The position numbers were made by a program, and so were the translations under genes. This document shows positions 23,708 through 36,880 of a stretch of DNA of 64,000 nucleotides, one piece after another; positions within the stretch are counted from its first letter, which is position 1, and every line of letters starts with the position of its first letter. The notes under the pieces were generated by a model, which saw only the letters and a program-made list of their open reading frames with translations, searched no databases and was not told where the DNA came from. Source of the DNA: Massalongia carnosa (Eukaryota). The stretch covers positions 1,550,001-1,614,000 of the forward strand of contig OZ287067.1 in NCBI GenBank assembly GCA_965645245.1, read 5' to 3'.

Positions 23708-25166
23708 CCGGGCGACTGTGTAACCCCTTCCTTTCATTCCCTTTACCTATGTATGTATGTATGCTACTGTTTTCGCTTGTTGGAAAGGAAGGAAGGGAGG
23801 CACTGGGAACTTTTTTTTTTTTTTTGTGGGGGTTGGCTTTTGCATAATTGATGGATCTTTCGCATCTCTTGCTTCTTTTGAGGAGGTGGATGAGATTGTG
23901 GGGGCCCCTCAGGGGCGCGGGGGGGAGGGAGGGAGATGGGCATAGATAGGTAGATAGGATAGTGGATACCAAACTTTGCCTATATTCCGCAAAACAAAAA
24001 AACAAAAAATTCTCTCTCGTGTCTTTTCATTTGTCTATCCAATCATCTATTCTATTACCTACTATTTACCCACTCAAGCTTCCCGAGCCTCCCGATTTAC
24101 CTAACCTTCTCCAGATCTAGACCTGGATGCATAACCTATAGACTAGCGTGAAAGAAGGAGAAGGAGGAAGGGAAACGACTTACTACATACATACCATATA
24201 GGTGGTATATTGATTGGTCGATCGAAATCTCCCCTTCCTTTCCTCTCCTCTCCTACATACACTCATACCTTCCCAAACCCCCAACAGACATACATACACA
24301 CACACTTTCTCTCTCCCTCCCTTCTTCCTTTCACTTCTATTTCTACGTCAATCTTACTCTCACTCACCCATTCACACATACATACGTACGCACACACAAA
24401 ACCAAAGCAAACCATCAATCAGCCACAGAAAAGAGTATTTGGTTTCCGAAGCTAAAGTAACTGCGGCCTTGACAAACAAACTCGGAGAAAGATTCGAAAA
24501 ACTCGGGAAATCGCTGAACTCGGGAAATGTAAAGGTCAAAAAAAATCCAAACTCGCAAGTTCCCCCCCAAACCCCGTCGCTAAAACTCCCACTATCCTGG
24601 TGTATGGAACAAGAACAGAAAAGAAGGGAAGAAAAAAAAAAACATCGAGCCAGCTCCTTACCATCCCTTTCCACCTAATGATCCTATCTTGATCCTATCA
24701 AGATATTCTTCTATTATCAAATTGTGGAAGCTTCCTGACGCTCTGAATGCATTCCCCTCCTCCGTAGAAAAAAGCGCTAGAAAATAGCTCTTGAAAATGC
24801 GTCTTTAAATAATAGCCTTTGGGTAAAAGCCCTCTCGTCTCATCTTCTGGTCTACTCCGTTAGCTCTCTTGGTGACAATCTGCTGAGGATGGAGGGTGAA
24901 GCTGTGACTGGGCTTCGGTCGATGTGTCTGGATCGTTCGTAGAAGTCGAGGAGAGCGTATGAGAAGGTTGTGAGGGTGCGGAAGGGGATTGCTAGGAGCG
25001 CTCATAGAGAATAGAGAGAGGTCATCAACACCACGTATTCAATGCTCGTCAATAGATCTTCATCTCTTTCCTTGTCCTCAGATGGCGAATCGTCTTGACC
25101 CGCGTGCCCGAGTTCCGAGAAGGGCTCTTTGATTGTGGAAAAGTGAGTCTCTGCAACGCTGAACAC

Positions 25167-28100
25167 TCAAGATGCTTCCTCGCCGCGTAGTAGAAGCGCG
25201 AGTCGGCGGTTGATGAGTTCTCGAGTGTTCCGCAGTTGCTGTACTTCCACTTCCAATTCTGGGTCTACGACCTCCAGCCTCGAAGGCGCCGATATTGGAG
25301 CCGTTGGAGCCGTTAGACTAGAGAGACCTTCAGCCTCTCTCTCCTTGCCTTTGCCTTTGTCGGTAGCGAAGCCGTCGTCATCAGGGAGTGGCGTTGCCAT
25401 GAAGAGAGCTGCCACCTCGGCAGGAGCCTCAGCCTGTAGTTTTCAAAATTAGCGCTCACGTAAAGAACACCGCCAAGTTTTTTCCATCTGCTAGCATTTT
25501 CCGATTGGAGAGCTTACAATCAGGGCACCGATAAGGTTGTCAACCTGGGTGGAGCCCAAGCAGAGGTCGGCATTGCTACCGGATTGAGAGAACTGTGCCA
25601 GGTTCAAGGCGGCTTGACGGTCGAGAAATGGGCGGCGGTCGAACTCTACCTGCCTCTCCTTGTCGGCGGCACGTTGAGCTTGAGCTTGGGCCCTGGCCCG
25701 CAATCTCTTGGCATCACGGATGCGCGACTTCGATTCGGGCATTCCCCGCGCCTGCTCCGCTTCCGCGTTGCCCCTACATGGCGTGAGCATGAGCGTCAAG
25801 GCTAGAAGCACTACAATGCATAGGCTTACCTCTTTACTCGGTTAATGAAATCCATTTTGATTCCATCCTCTGAAAGCCGGTAGATTACACCACCGGCAAT
25901 CTTCTGCTCCGATCCGTCGTCCGGCTCATTGATGATCTCAATGAGGCCGTTGTTGACATGCCCACGGCGCATGGCCACATCCTGCAAAAGCGGATGCTTC
26001 GGGCGCCGAACCTTATACCGCCGGTTGGTCACAGGGTGCTTGTTACCAACGGCCGTGCTTGAGCCTTGAAGGTCTTGAAGGACCGGATCCACGTGATTGG
26101 GGCACATCCAGGAAGTTTTGGACTTAGTCGCGCTGACAAACTTCCTCGGTGCGGCCGCCAATGGTGGATCCAAGCAATCCAGGTGCCAATACAGGCTGCA
26201 GTGGTCGCACGGGATTATCTCCCGATGGCCCAAGGCTGACCCACCGCAGGAGAAGCACAGGATTACCTTATCCTTGGGATCCTTAAGCTTGAGATTATTT
26301 GGTGTATCCTCATAGCCAGCACGAGTCCTATGCCGCTGTCAGAGATGTTGAGTGGCGCAAAGTCGGCACGGTCAAAACTCACTTGACTTTATAGTCAATT
26401 GCCTCCTCATACTCCCCTTCCTCTCCCGTCCGCACCCCGTCGAAAAAATCTCTTACCTCGTGCGGAAGGTAATACGAGATGGGGTTCTTGTCTCCCAGAT
26501 TGTCTATCAACGAGGAGAACACTCCCCGCGGCGGTGCCTTGGCTTTTGGCTCTCGTTTCGCTACGCAATCGTAGCAGAACCACTCTCCCTCTGGTGGATG
26601 TAACGGATCCACCGGAGGGTCTAGGCAGGAGAAGTGGAACGACCGAGTACAGCCGTCACAACACAGCAGCTTCCCATTCCCCCCGCAGGAAGAGCACTGG
26701 TCGGCGTTTGCGTCCTGCGCTTGAGCATTAGTCACTTTGTTATAGCGCGCAGAATACCGTGTCAAGGGGAAGCAGAAGCTGGTGGAGGCGTCACGGTCAT
26801 CTCAAATATGAACACATGGGACTGGGCAGAAATATAACACGAGCAAGAAATTTTTTCTTACATCACCGTTGTCACCGGTGGCGCCGACAGCCTTATCTTT
26901 CCCGCCGCCCGCATGCGGCCTACCGGCAATGACTCCAGCCTTCTTTTTCATAGGCCTGCCATTGATAATTAGTATTCATATGTTTACGGATTGAGATAGA
27001 AAATCGATGCGGTTATCGCGTTATATTTATTTATATCAACCAGGAAAGATATTGGAAGGTAGTGTGATGGAGAGAGATGGGGGGATGTAAAAGTAAAGAC
27101 GGTAAGCAATCGGAATAAAATAACCCAAGCAAAGAAAAAGTGTTATTGGGGTAGGAGATTTGTCAACAAGAATCTTTCCATAAAAATAGGAACACAGCTG
27201 GAAAAGATCCCAATACTCCAAACATGAATACAAGTCAAGACACTTGAAACCTGATGACAACAATAATACCTCTACAATCTAAAACAATGATATGGTAACA
27301 GCAACGATTTCGCGACATCTCGAAACTGCAACATGCAAACTTGAAAGAAAAGACAATAGAGTAAAATAGAACTTACGACATCTTAATACGAGCCGCTCTC
27401 TTTGTCTGCTTCAATGTGCGACCTAGTTGTTGTGGAGTGTTGGCTCTCGAAGAGGATTGAGCACCTGCAGGTGGTGGTATGAGAAGCTCGCCTTGACCAG
27501 AGGAAGCTGGAGATCGGAGGTCCTCATAGTCATCCCTTCTGCTTCTCTGAATGCTACCATTGCGCAAGCGTGGCTGCTGGGTTCGTAGATTTGCTAGACT
27601 TGGAGAGAACGACGGAGGCTGGATCTGTGGCTTTGGGAGCGTTGGGGCTCGAATATCGCTGTCGTTGACCAAGTAGTCGTCAAAAGATTTTTCGAATTTT
27701 CGACGCTTAGCAATAATTTCGGCACTAGAACTAACAGTATTATCGGTGATAGCTGCTGCAGAGCGTTTGTTGGAAGGTTTTGTTATCGGTCCGGGTAGAG
27801 GATAAAGCGAGTCGTCATCGGGCAAAAGAGATGGTTGGACCTTGGTCGTTTTAGGTTGGTTTAATTTTAATGTAGGCGGGTTTATTTTCAATGTAGGCAC
27901 AAAGTCTTGGTCGATGGAAGAAAGTGATGAAAGCGTAGACGAGCTAGAAGCACTCTTCGAACGTTTCCTTCGCTTGGCTGGACGCTCTGATTTTGGGACG
28001 GTACCGTTGCTCTCCAGTTTCCTCGCTAGTGGTTTAGAAGATGAAGGTTTGGAAGACGAAGATTTGATTTGTAGTTTCGAAGATGAGGGAGCTGGGTTTT

Positions 28101-29004
28101 GGGTAGGTATCGTCGCTGTCGCATCCGGAAGGTCTTTTACAACTCCAGAATGGCGCGTAAGGCTGGGGCGCGTAGTCTTGGTAGGAGACTTAGAAGTAGA
28201 CTCCGATGCTGTCTCTATGGTAAATGAGTTTTTTCCGGTATTACCCTGTGACTTGATTTGCTTCTTAGCAATTTTGATATAGCCTTGAAAATCCGTAGCT
28301 TGACGTTGGGTTGGCTTCTGCGAAAGAACGCCGTCGAGGAGATCTGCCAAGGTACGGTTGTGAAGGCTCTCGTCGAATAGCTTCTTTACAGCAAGCCCTA
28401 GTACAGGATTTCCAAGCTCGTTAGCACGCGCTACAGCTGAATCAACCACCTGCTTTAACCTTTCTTGCCCAGCAGAAGTTCGTGAACTTGGGGTACCATG
28501 AAGCGAGGGTTGTGATGGGGATAGCTTGACCGGAGTGACCTTTGAAGCTCCTTTTGGGGTGTAATCTTCATCTTCATCTCTCTCGCGCGATGACTGTACT
28601 TTAGCAGATCGATCATCCGTTTTCCGTGGCTCAGATCGTCTCGACATGACCGGTGGTGTTGAACGTGAGGAGTTTGGCTCATCCTTTGTTATGTTCGCAT
28701 CGCCATTCCTAGCATGTGGCGGGCGCCGCGAAGGTTCATGTGTCTTCAGCCTCTGTCGTACTTTTTGATTTGGGAAAGTCCCGAGAGGTGCCATGTTTAC
28801 CAACACTCCTTGCCTCTCGAGCCCCTTATGGTCCTCGAAGCTTGGTGCTGGAGTTCGCAATCGCGGTTCTTCCCACTCTTCTTCGATTTTATTCTGTTCT
28901 CTTACGACCGAGGTTTCTTCTGCTGCTGGTAAGGATTCTTTGGTTGGGTTGTCCATTGGACTCGAAAGCCGAGAGGACTTGCGCATTGATCGTGATGAGG
29001 CCAT
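25167..29004 (-). CDS. RCO1: Double PHD-finger protein, Rco1/Cph1-like (Rpd3S HDAC complex)
   Basis: PHD1 CSSCGGNGKLLCCDGCTRSFHFSCLDPP..GEWFCYDC; linker NPISYYLPHEVRDFFDGVRTGEEGEY; PHD2 IIPCDHCSLYWHLDCLDPP..WMCPNH; NNGLIEI and GIKMDFINRVK. Multi-exon with a long first exon (29004-27377). Orthology is inferred. Confidence 0.8.
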
Positions 29005-29781
29005 TGGAAAGGCCCTCGGTTGGCGGGGGATCAACAGGCAGTCTATACCATATTAATTCAGGGCAACTTGATAGAATGGTCCTACAGGCAATGAATACTC
29101 ACCACCACAGCTACCGAGTAAACTAAGGACCAACTGAGAGAGTTATTACGCTTTTCTTCACGTAGTTCTTTGAGAATTGGGTGTTGCGGAAGACCTCGCT
29201 TGGTGCAGCGAAAAAGGCAGGGGCTTGCGCCTTGCGGCCAAGGAAACTCTCGCCAATCACGGGGTTTTCGACGATGATATATGATTGCACAAGTTGAAGT
29301 TATTGATATGATGATGGGTCTGAAGTGTCTTGATATCTATGATATTTTACAAGTTTCATTTGAAGATCATGGTTTTCAAGTGATGTAAAGAGAAGTCAAC
29401 ATAGGAAGAAAGTTAGGTTGAGAGAAATAATTAAGGGGCAACAACATTTTGGCATTGTGTGTATCATTAGTTCATCGCAAAGGATATCATTCACTTGGTT
29501 GAACAAGCTCCGTGACTCATATTTAGCCTAGCAGAGCAGCTTAGTCGTTACAGTGCACAATACGCGTAGAATAGAATTTTCATGCTATCCTAGTGACCTT
29601 TTGCCAGCTGCTTAACACATGGAGGCAACGGGGAAACCCGCTCGAAGTCCAACAGAAGAGAAACCCGAGACCGCGTCTTCTGGGTAAGCATATCCCATCC
29701 TTCCTTCCCCCTTAGCCGATGAGACGTCCGTAAGGAGTTCTTCAAATCAAGGAGAGTATGTAGATAGCTGTAGGCAAGGAC

Positions 29782-31328
29782 CTACTCATCTTCGCTGGAT
29801 TCTTCCTCCTCATCCTCGGCCGCCTTTTTCGCTGGCTTCTTCTTCTTCTTCTTGTTCTTACCTTTTGCCCCTGTTGACCTTGCCACCGGCTGATCGAGAA
29901 TCTTGAGAATCTCCTCGTCGGTGATCTTCTTTTCTGTCGGGTATCTGGATTTATCCAAGGCTGGTGGTGCACTCAAACGGATCAGTCCGTTTTTAGTAAT
30001 AGCTATGCGCGGTTAGTCTGAGGATGTCGTTGAATAGGCATGACATAATATACCAATCGTTGTGAGAAGCCTCGCGACTGGCGCTGCATCTTTGTCGGCA
30101 ACGACCTCATACTGCCGGAGCACGTTGGACCGAACACATTCCACCACTCCCACCTTGGCGGCTCTCTCGTCCTCAAGCTGCCGCAGACTGAAGGGAAAAG
30201 TGCCAAATTTCTTTACAATTTCTGACAACGTTTGCCGCGAACTCGGTCTCTTAAGACCATAGGTAATGGTCGTTCTTCGATGTAAAGTTGGGCGATTCTC
30301 CAAGGTCTTGATCTTGCCCGTACCCAAGCTCACACCAATCTCCACACCCCAAACATCTCCCACTTCAGGTACCCCTTCTCCTTTGCTGCCATCTGAAGGA
30401 GCTAGAACAATTTTCTTTTTCCCTTCAATCTCGTTACGCTCGAAAAGCCAAGAAGTCGTACCTTCCACTAGGTTGCAATCGTAGCTCTTGACCACTTTCT
30501 CCAGGAGATGGGTAATCTTTGACTGCGTTATGGGTTTCTCTGTCGCCGCCTTTTTCTTCTCCTCATCGGATCCGGAAGCAAGGAGTCCCGGGGGAACCAA
30601 GAGTCTAAGAAGAAGTTCGTTGGCATAGTACGCCGCGAGCAACAAGTCGGCTTCACGGCCAGATAGTTTCTCCCCCTTCTCTTTCTCCTGCTGAACGATA
30701 ATGGTGTCACAGACTATTGTGCCGAATCCGTCGATTTGAGCTCCCAACTGTATCTTGACAACTTCACCTGGTTTGAGAACCATCGAGGCATCTTCGGTGT
30801 CGGTAGACAGAGGGGTAAACGGAGTAATGAACGAACTCGGTGACACTGTTGTGGGGTGGGATATCCCTAACACAAAACCATTTAGCAACCGGGTACATGA
30901 GCATTTCCCCTCCCCCCCACACCGACCTTTCAGTATTTTCTTTCCCTTGTACACCTTCGCAACCTCTTCGTCCAACAATTTGTCGCCACGTTCACATATC
31001 GAAAGGATCTTCTCGCCCTCAATGCACCATCCTTAACATATGATCAACATAATGGTTGAACGGTTGGACCAGGAATCAGATGTACCCGTAACGGTCTCCA
31101 AGACTCGGTGCGAGATCTGAGCCGCAGTCTTGTATTTCGTAAGGGTATCAGGGTTATTGAGTGTGTAGTCTATCGAGATATCAGCGGAATCGCCAGGACG
31201 CACGTGATGTCCATATTCGTAGTTTCTGAAGTTGAACAGGAAGTAGTTATAGTTCCACAAGGCAGGAAGGAACAGAAGGTGGATCTCAGCATGGAAGAAT
31301 AAATACCGGTTGCCATCTCATCTGCCAT
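29782..31328 (-). CDS. cdb4: Curved DNA-binding protein / PA2G4 (Ebp1) homolog, M24 peptidase fold
   Basis: DYTLNNPDTLTKYKTAAQIS, GISHPTTVSP, KIQLGAQIDGFG, YGLKRPSSRQ..KKFGTFPFSLRQL and a lysine-rich tail. Several introns. Confidence 0.9.
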
Positions 31329-31695
31329 GGCTAGTAAGCGTTCGATATTCAACCTTAGAGCAACAATTTATCAAAGTGAGGACGATGTGTTTTGTGTGAG
31401 ATTTCGTTTAGAGGGGTAAGGGATTGATGTAGTTATGTATGGTGGGGGGGGCTGCTTAGGGGTAGCCCGCGTGCTGCAAGCTAACCATCTACTTAGGGGG
31501 CTGATTGGCTAGACACATCAAGCCCCCGTACAACTCGACAACTAAAGTCATGGATGCTGACATACCAAATCTGAAGATATCTGCCTCGCTGATGTCAAAT
31601 ATCTATCCCCAACCTTCATTCGTCAAAACCCAATGCTAATGCAAATGCACTAAAGCTTCAGTAGCAAGAACACCTCCATCGTAGTTGCTGGCAGT

Positions 31696-32595
31696 ATGGT
31701 CTCGACTGATCCCCTTCCCATCCGCCTGCTAAGCCACAACATCCGCTACGCCACCAAGTCACCCTTCAAAGGCGAAGAGAAATGGAACATCCGCAAGCCT
31801 TATGTTGTAGCTTCGCTCCGCTTCAACACAACCCATTGTCCTGAATCCTTCATTTGCCTGCAAGAAGTCTTGCACGAGCAATTGCTCGACATCCTTTCAA
31901 GCCTGAACGGCGACGGCGACGAAAAGACATGGGCGTACATCGGAGTAGGTCGTGAAGATGGCAAGGAATCGGGAGAATACTCGCCGATCCTGTACCAGCC
32001 AACGGTCTGGTCTGTAAAGTCGTCCCAAACGGTCTGGCTTTCCGAGACGCCTGACGTGCCGTCGAAAGGCTGGGACGCTTCGTGCACCCGGATTCTGACG
32101 ATTGGAACATTTCAGCACCGTCATAGCATAAAACATGTCGTGGCGATGAACACGCATTTGGATGATCAGGGTAGTAAATCGCGCCTGGAGTCCGCCAAGA
32201 TCATTCTTGATCGCGTTTCCTCCTACATGAAAGGTTCATCAACAGCTAAACCGATCTTTTTAGCTGGTGACTTTAACAGCGAACCTAATCAGGAGGCTTA
32301 CGAGGCCATTACGAATGAGGGGTTTCATATGTATGATCTTGAAAAGCTTGTGCCCAAGCAGCGCCGATATGGAGAATTAAACACGTTCACTGGCTTTGGC
32401 CATGAGAAGTACGCGCCAAAGAGAATTGATTTCCTCTTCCTTAATCAGTCCTCAATTCCGTCCCAAGACGATTCGTCTGTGAATAATAATCGCCGCTGGG
32501 CCGCCGACGGTTACGGAGTCTTGGCTAACGTGTTCGAGGATGGGGTTTATTGCTCGGATCATAGGGCGGTTATAGGTGACGTGCTCCTATATTGA
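31696..32595 (+). CDS. Endonuclease/exonuclease/phosphatase (EEP) family protein
   Basis: SHNIRY, ICLQEV, GVGREDG..GEYSPI, NTHLD, LAGDFNS, RIDFLF and SDHRAV motifs. Confidence 0.92.
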   Translation: MVSTDPLPIRLLSHNIRYATKSPFKGEEKWNIRKPYVVASLRFNTTHCPESFICLQEVLHEQLLDILSSLNGDGDEKTWAYIGVGREDGKESGEYSPILYQPTVWSVKSSQTVWLSETPDVPSKGWDASCTRILTIGTFQHRHSIKHVVAMNTHLDDQGSKSRLESAKIILDRVSSYMKGSSTAKPIFLAGDFNSEPNQEAYEAITNEGFHMYDLEKLVPKQRRYGELNTFTGFGHEKYAPKRIDFLFLNQSSIPSQDDSSVNNNRRWAADGYGVLANVFEDGVYCSDHRAVIGDVLLY

Positions 32596-33700
32596 GATTG
32601 ATGAAACCTTTACATCAAGCATCTATCTCTCATAGTCAGATGATGAGTTCTCTTTAATCTTTTCTACCCCTTGGTACTTACTCTTCAGCGGGTGTGATAC
32701 CGTCATTTACAAAAGCTGTCACGATGATATTCCCCTGTACCTGCTCCATACCACCTTTTATCCTTTCTTCTAGCGCGCGGTTTTGAAATCGAGCTCGCAT
32801 ATTTCACTAAGAAACACCCAATACTTCTAATCTCATTGACCCCTAAGCGACAACCAAACTACCCAACCATCTAGTAAGACGGCCTCCTGACAAGCTCCCT
32901 GTCGAAGCACGCCCTTAGATCTACTTCATACTAGCATTCCCTACACGCAACACCATGAAAACGTACCTGAGTACCACCAACTCGAAGCCTTCCCTTCCCT
33001 TTTCACCTACTTCAATCTCTTCTCCAGACCAGACCCCCCCCCCCCCCCCCCCCAACACCTATCCATCTATTCCCTCCCTCCAACCAATCCGGGATTCTGT
33101 ATCTGCGTAGATACTCGTCTGGGTAGCGGAGTGGTTAGGTAAGTTAGGTAGTTAGGTAGGTAGGTATGAAGGTGCCCAGCCGTTTAGTCTAATTACCTCT
33201 GTACTCTACTCTACTCCACTCCACTCTATGTTTTTCCAGCCACTCGATCATTCATTGCCTTTTCGCCTGCCCTATTTCCCTTGATTGGTTGGTTGATTAG
33301 TTATGTAGTTATATGGTTAAAAACGGAACGAACTCGAGCCAGACAGCACGGCGTGTTTATCATTACCCACCGGGCTAAAATATACTGGGATAGATACCTG
33401 TTGCCTGTTTATGGACTTTAAGTTTAAACGCATTCGCGTGGACAGCTGAAATACATAGGCCAGGGCCCGCTAGATAGATGGATGGATACCTACTTTTCCA
33501 GATATTCGGATGTGTGTATATGTATGAGAATTTGTGCGAAAAGTGGGATGGGTGTATGGCTACATAGATGTCTGGATAAGTAGGTGGGTAGGGGGGTTAG
33601 AGTAGGCGTTCCCCTGAACCCCCCACCCCCCCCCCCCCAAACAATCCCTCTATCGTAAATAGCTACCATCGTCCACACACCCCTACCTACCTACAATTCT

Positions 33701-33750
33701 TTATCTTCTTCTTCTTCTTCTTCTTCTTCTTCTTCTTCTTCTTTCCTTCT
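33701..33750. repeat. (TTC)n microsatellite
   Basis: About 13 tandem TTC units just past the DAO stop codon. Confidence 0.9.
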
Positions 33751-33780
33751 CCACCACCACGAAGCCTAGTGAGAATTCCT

Positions 33781-35875
33781 TCACAACTTCGCCCGCCCTC
33801 CCCCTTCCGCAGACAAACCCAGCTCGTCGATCAACCGGACCACCTTCCGCGCGCTCCCGAGCGAGTTCTGGTATCTACGTGTAGCGACATGTTGTCATTA
33901 TTGTTGTTATTGTCATTAGGATCGGAGTTTAGGGTCAGGGTCAGTTGGAGCAAGCGGCCATTCAACCCTCCCCCCCGGAGGAGGCGGTGTCTACTAAAAA
34001 AGAAAAAGGAAAAACTCACCCAGCACCCGCATGCCCATACGAATGCACGACCGCGTACTTGCCGTCCACGACCTCCGTTTCGAGCCTCGGGCCCCCCTGC
34101 CTCGACGGCCTAAGCCCGACCGGAACGGCCAGGACCTCGAAGTTGCCATCCTCATCCAGCAGCTCCGGCGCCAAACCTTTGCATCCTGCCAGGATCATGG
34201 CGGTTGTCTTGTCGTTTGGGGTGGTGTCCCTATGAGGAGGCCGTCAGTCGCCTTTTCCATCGCTGCTTAGGGCCTTTCTTTTCATTAAAAGGAGCGAGCG
34301 GTTGTCGAACCCCAGGAAACCCAACCCTGTAAGATCATATCGTGAACTTACCAATTCCCATCCTCCTTCGTCCCGCCCAATACCGTCTCCCCGCCTCCCT
34401 TTCTCGGCAACACGTAATTAATATACCCCTGACCCTCACTGGTCCTAATCGCCTTCGCCTCCCCCTTCACCAGCACCGTCTGCCCCCTAGTCGGATACAC
34501 GCGCGCATCGCCCACCAGCGCCCTCGCCCCCAGCCCCGTCGCGTTCACAAAAGCATCCACCTCTCCCAACCCGTCCTTCCGCGCCAGCGCCGCCGCGACC
34601 CCCAACGCGTGTCCGAAGCCGTGTTCCGTCGGCAAGCGCGCTTTTAGGAGACGGCAGCCGGCGGTCCGGGCCCTTTCGAGTAGGTAAACGAGATATATGG
34701 GTACGTTGATGGTGAGCGATTTAAATGATAAGCCGATCGCTGTGTTGGGAGGGAGGGCGGATGGGGGAAGGGCCGTGAAGGAGTCCACGAGGGGTTGCCA
34801 CCAGGTTTCTGTTGCGATAGCGGGGATAGGGTCGGCCCTAATGGTGGAAAAGAGAAAGGAGTTAATGGAGATCGGAACGGGGGAAGGAGGATATTACCTA
34901 CCAGTAAATATAAGATGTGTAGATCTTAGCGCCGCGAGGTGTAGCATGTTAGCTTCAAATCTCCTTTTCTCTTCCCTTTCCTTCCATTCGACAGGTAAAC
35001 CTCCAACAACAACAAGAATAATCCAAATAAATCCCCCCCAACTGCACCCACGCACCAGCTCTCGCTTACCGATTTAACCATCATAAATAAACCAAAAAAA
35101 GAATAACGAGATAAAGCACATACCCCTAACCCCGTCGCCGTCGTCGTCGTCATTGAAGCCCCTTTCCCACCCACCTTTGCCGCTTCCTTCTCCTTCTCCT
35201 CCCCCTGCGCCAGACTCATCCACGCCCGATAAGTCTTCGTGTCCCATTGCTGCAGTTCCGGCTCGTGGGCGCGCGCGTGTGTGCGCCAATGTGCGCCGGC
35301 CCTTTGAGGAGGGGTTTAGTTAGGGGTTTGGTTGAATAAATGGATTGCTTTTGCGTAGAATTAAGGAAGGAGAATGGGAAAGAACGGAGAGAGAGGAATG
35401 GAAGGGTTGTTTGGCTACGGCGAGAATGTGAAATGGGTGAGTAGGTAGATATTGGGGTAAAAACGTTCTTCCTTTGAAACGACGAGCTGATCCCGGGCTG
35501 AGATCCCCCATCTGGCTTTCTTCCGTTCCCCTAGCAGTCATGGTTCTAGCTATAGTTCTTTATCATCTCCAACGCAACGCAACGAAAGGAAACCTAGCAG
35601 AAAGGAGGAAAAAACGAAGAAAGCAGCAGCCTGCTTACCACGGAGAAGTATACTCGCCCGCACGCTCCCTTGGCCCGAATTCCGCAACGAGTGTGGTTCT
35701 GTAGCCCGCTTCGAGGAGGGAAACGGCTGTTTGTAGGCCAATTACTCCAGCTCTGTTTGGCTTAGGGGGGTGGTTAGAATTAGCTTTTTCTTCCCAAGAA
35801 AGATCGATTGAGATAAGGGGGAGGGGAGAAATCATACCCGATGACAACAATATGGAGGGGTGAAGGAGGAGACAT
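33781..35875 (-). CDS. D-amino acid oxidase (FAD-dependent), peroxisomal, multi-exon
   Basis: IVVIG/AGVIGLQTA FAD motif, YTSPW/AGA, VNATGLGARALVGD..YPTRGQTVLV, VLGGT, VGLRPSR..GPRLE and HSYGHAGAG/YQNS. The last exon ends ...GRAKL* (PTS1), with TGA at 33781-33783. Confidence 0.9.
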
Positions 35876-36880
35876 GGTGGAGTTTTTTCTTCTTGGGTTT
35901 GGGGAGGGGATGGGAAGTTGACTCATCGGGCGGGCGCACGGAGTTAAATACCTACTTGGAGCGAAGCGGAGGAGGTAGGAGTGTTTCATGTTGGGGTTCG
36001 GGGGCAGAAGACAAAATCAGAGAGGTGGGATTGATGCTATAATCTGGATACGGAATACTCTGTACCTGAGCACCTATATACCCCTCACTGCCGCTCAATC
36101 GGTCCAACCCAAACACTACATTCTTCACAGCGGTCGGGAGAATCCCAACCCACAAGCTACAGGAGCATACTTAGCTAGAGCCCGAGCTTGTAGGTTTGGT
36201 GGTTTTCTCTGCGCGACTGTTGCGCTTTCTAATCATGAGATCTCATCTGCTATCATTTCGTGAAGAATCCCCTATGTATTGGAGCAAAAGCACGCGGCTT
36301 AAACCTTGCGTAACTCCTTGTATAGAGTAAAGCTTGTGTTTTCGTTACTCCTTCAGCCAGATCTTGCATAGCAACGAGAAACAAAGCTCGTCTACCGTCG
36401 GCGTCGAGTTGATCCCAACGTACACCGCGAGAATTTTACTGTCAGAAGCTTCCAATATGGTCATGAGGTGCACAGAACTCAGCCTAGATAATGAAATATG
36501 TAGCCAATATCGCAAATTTTGGGTCTCCTGAAGGCTACCAGAAATCGATTTGGTGTTGATGCAGAGTTCCTCGAAGTTGCTCAAGTAAATCTTCGGTTCT
36601 ATCAATACAACAGCTGTGATTCCAACACCACGTTAAATCTCGATCGAGTACGGATTTGCAGAGAGGTGTCCAGGTATGAGTGATATGGGAGTAGGATTAA
36701 TAGAGTAGCGGGGACCGTCGATCGAAAATAACAAGGACATAACTAGATGCTGTTAGCTACGCAATACTCCAATGATTCTTAATAAATGCCTGCGACTGGG
36801 CTTGCCACATTGCTCAAACTCCGTACTTCACACAGAGTACTTCTGTACATCGACGGAAACACGAAATCCGCCAAGAGTGG

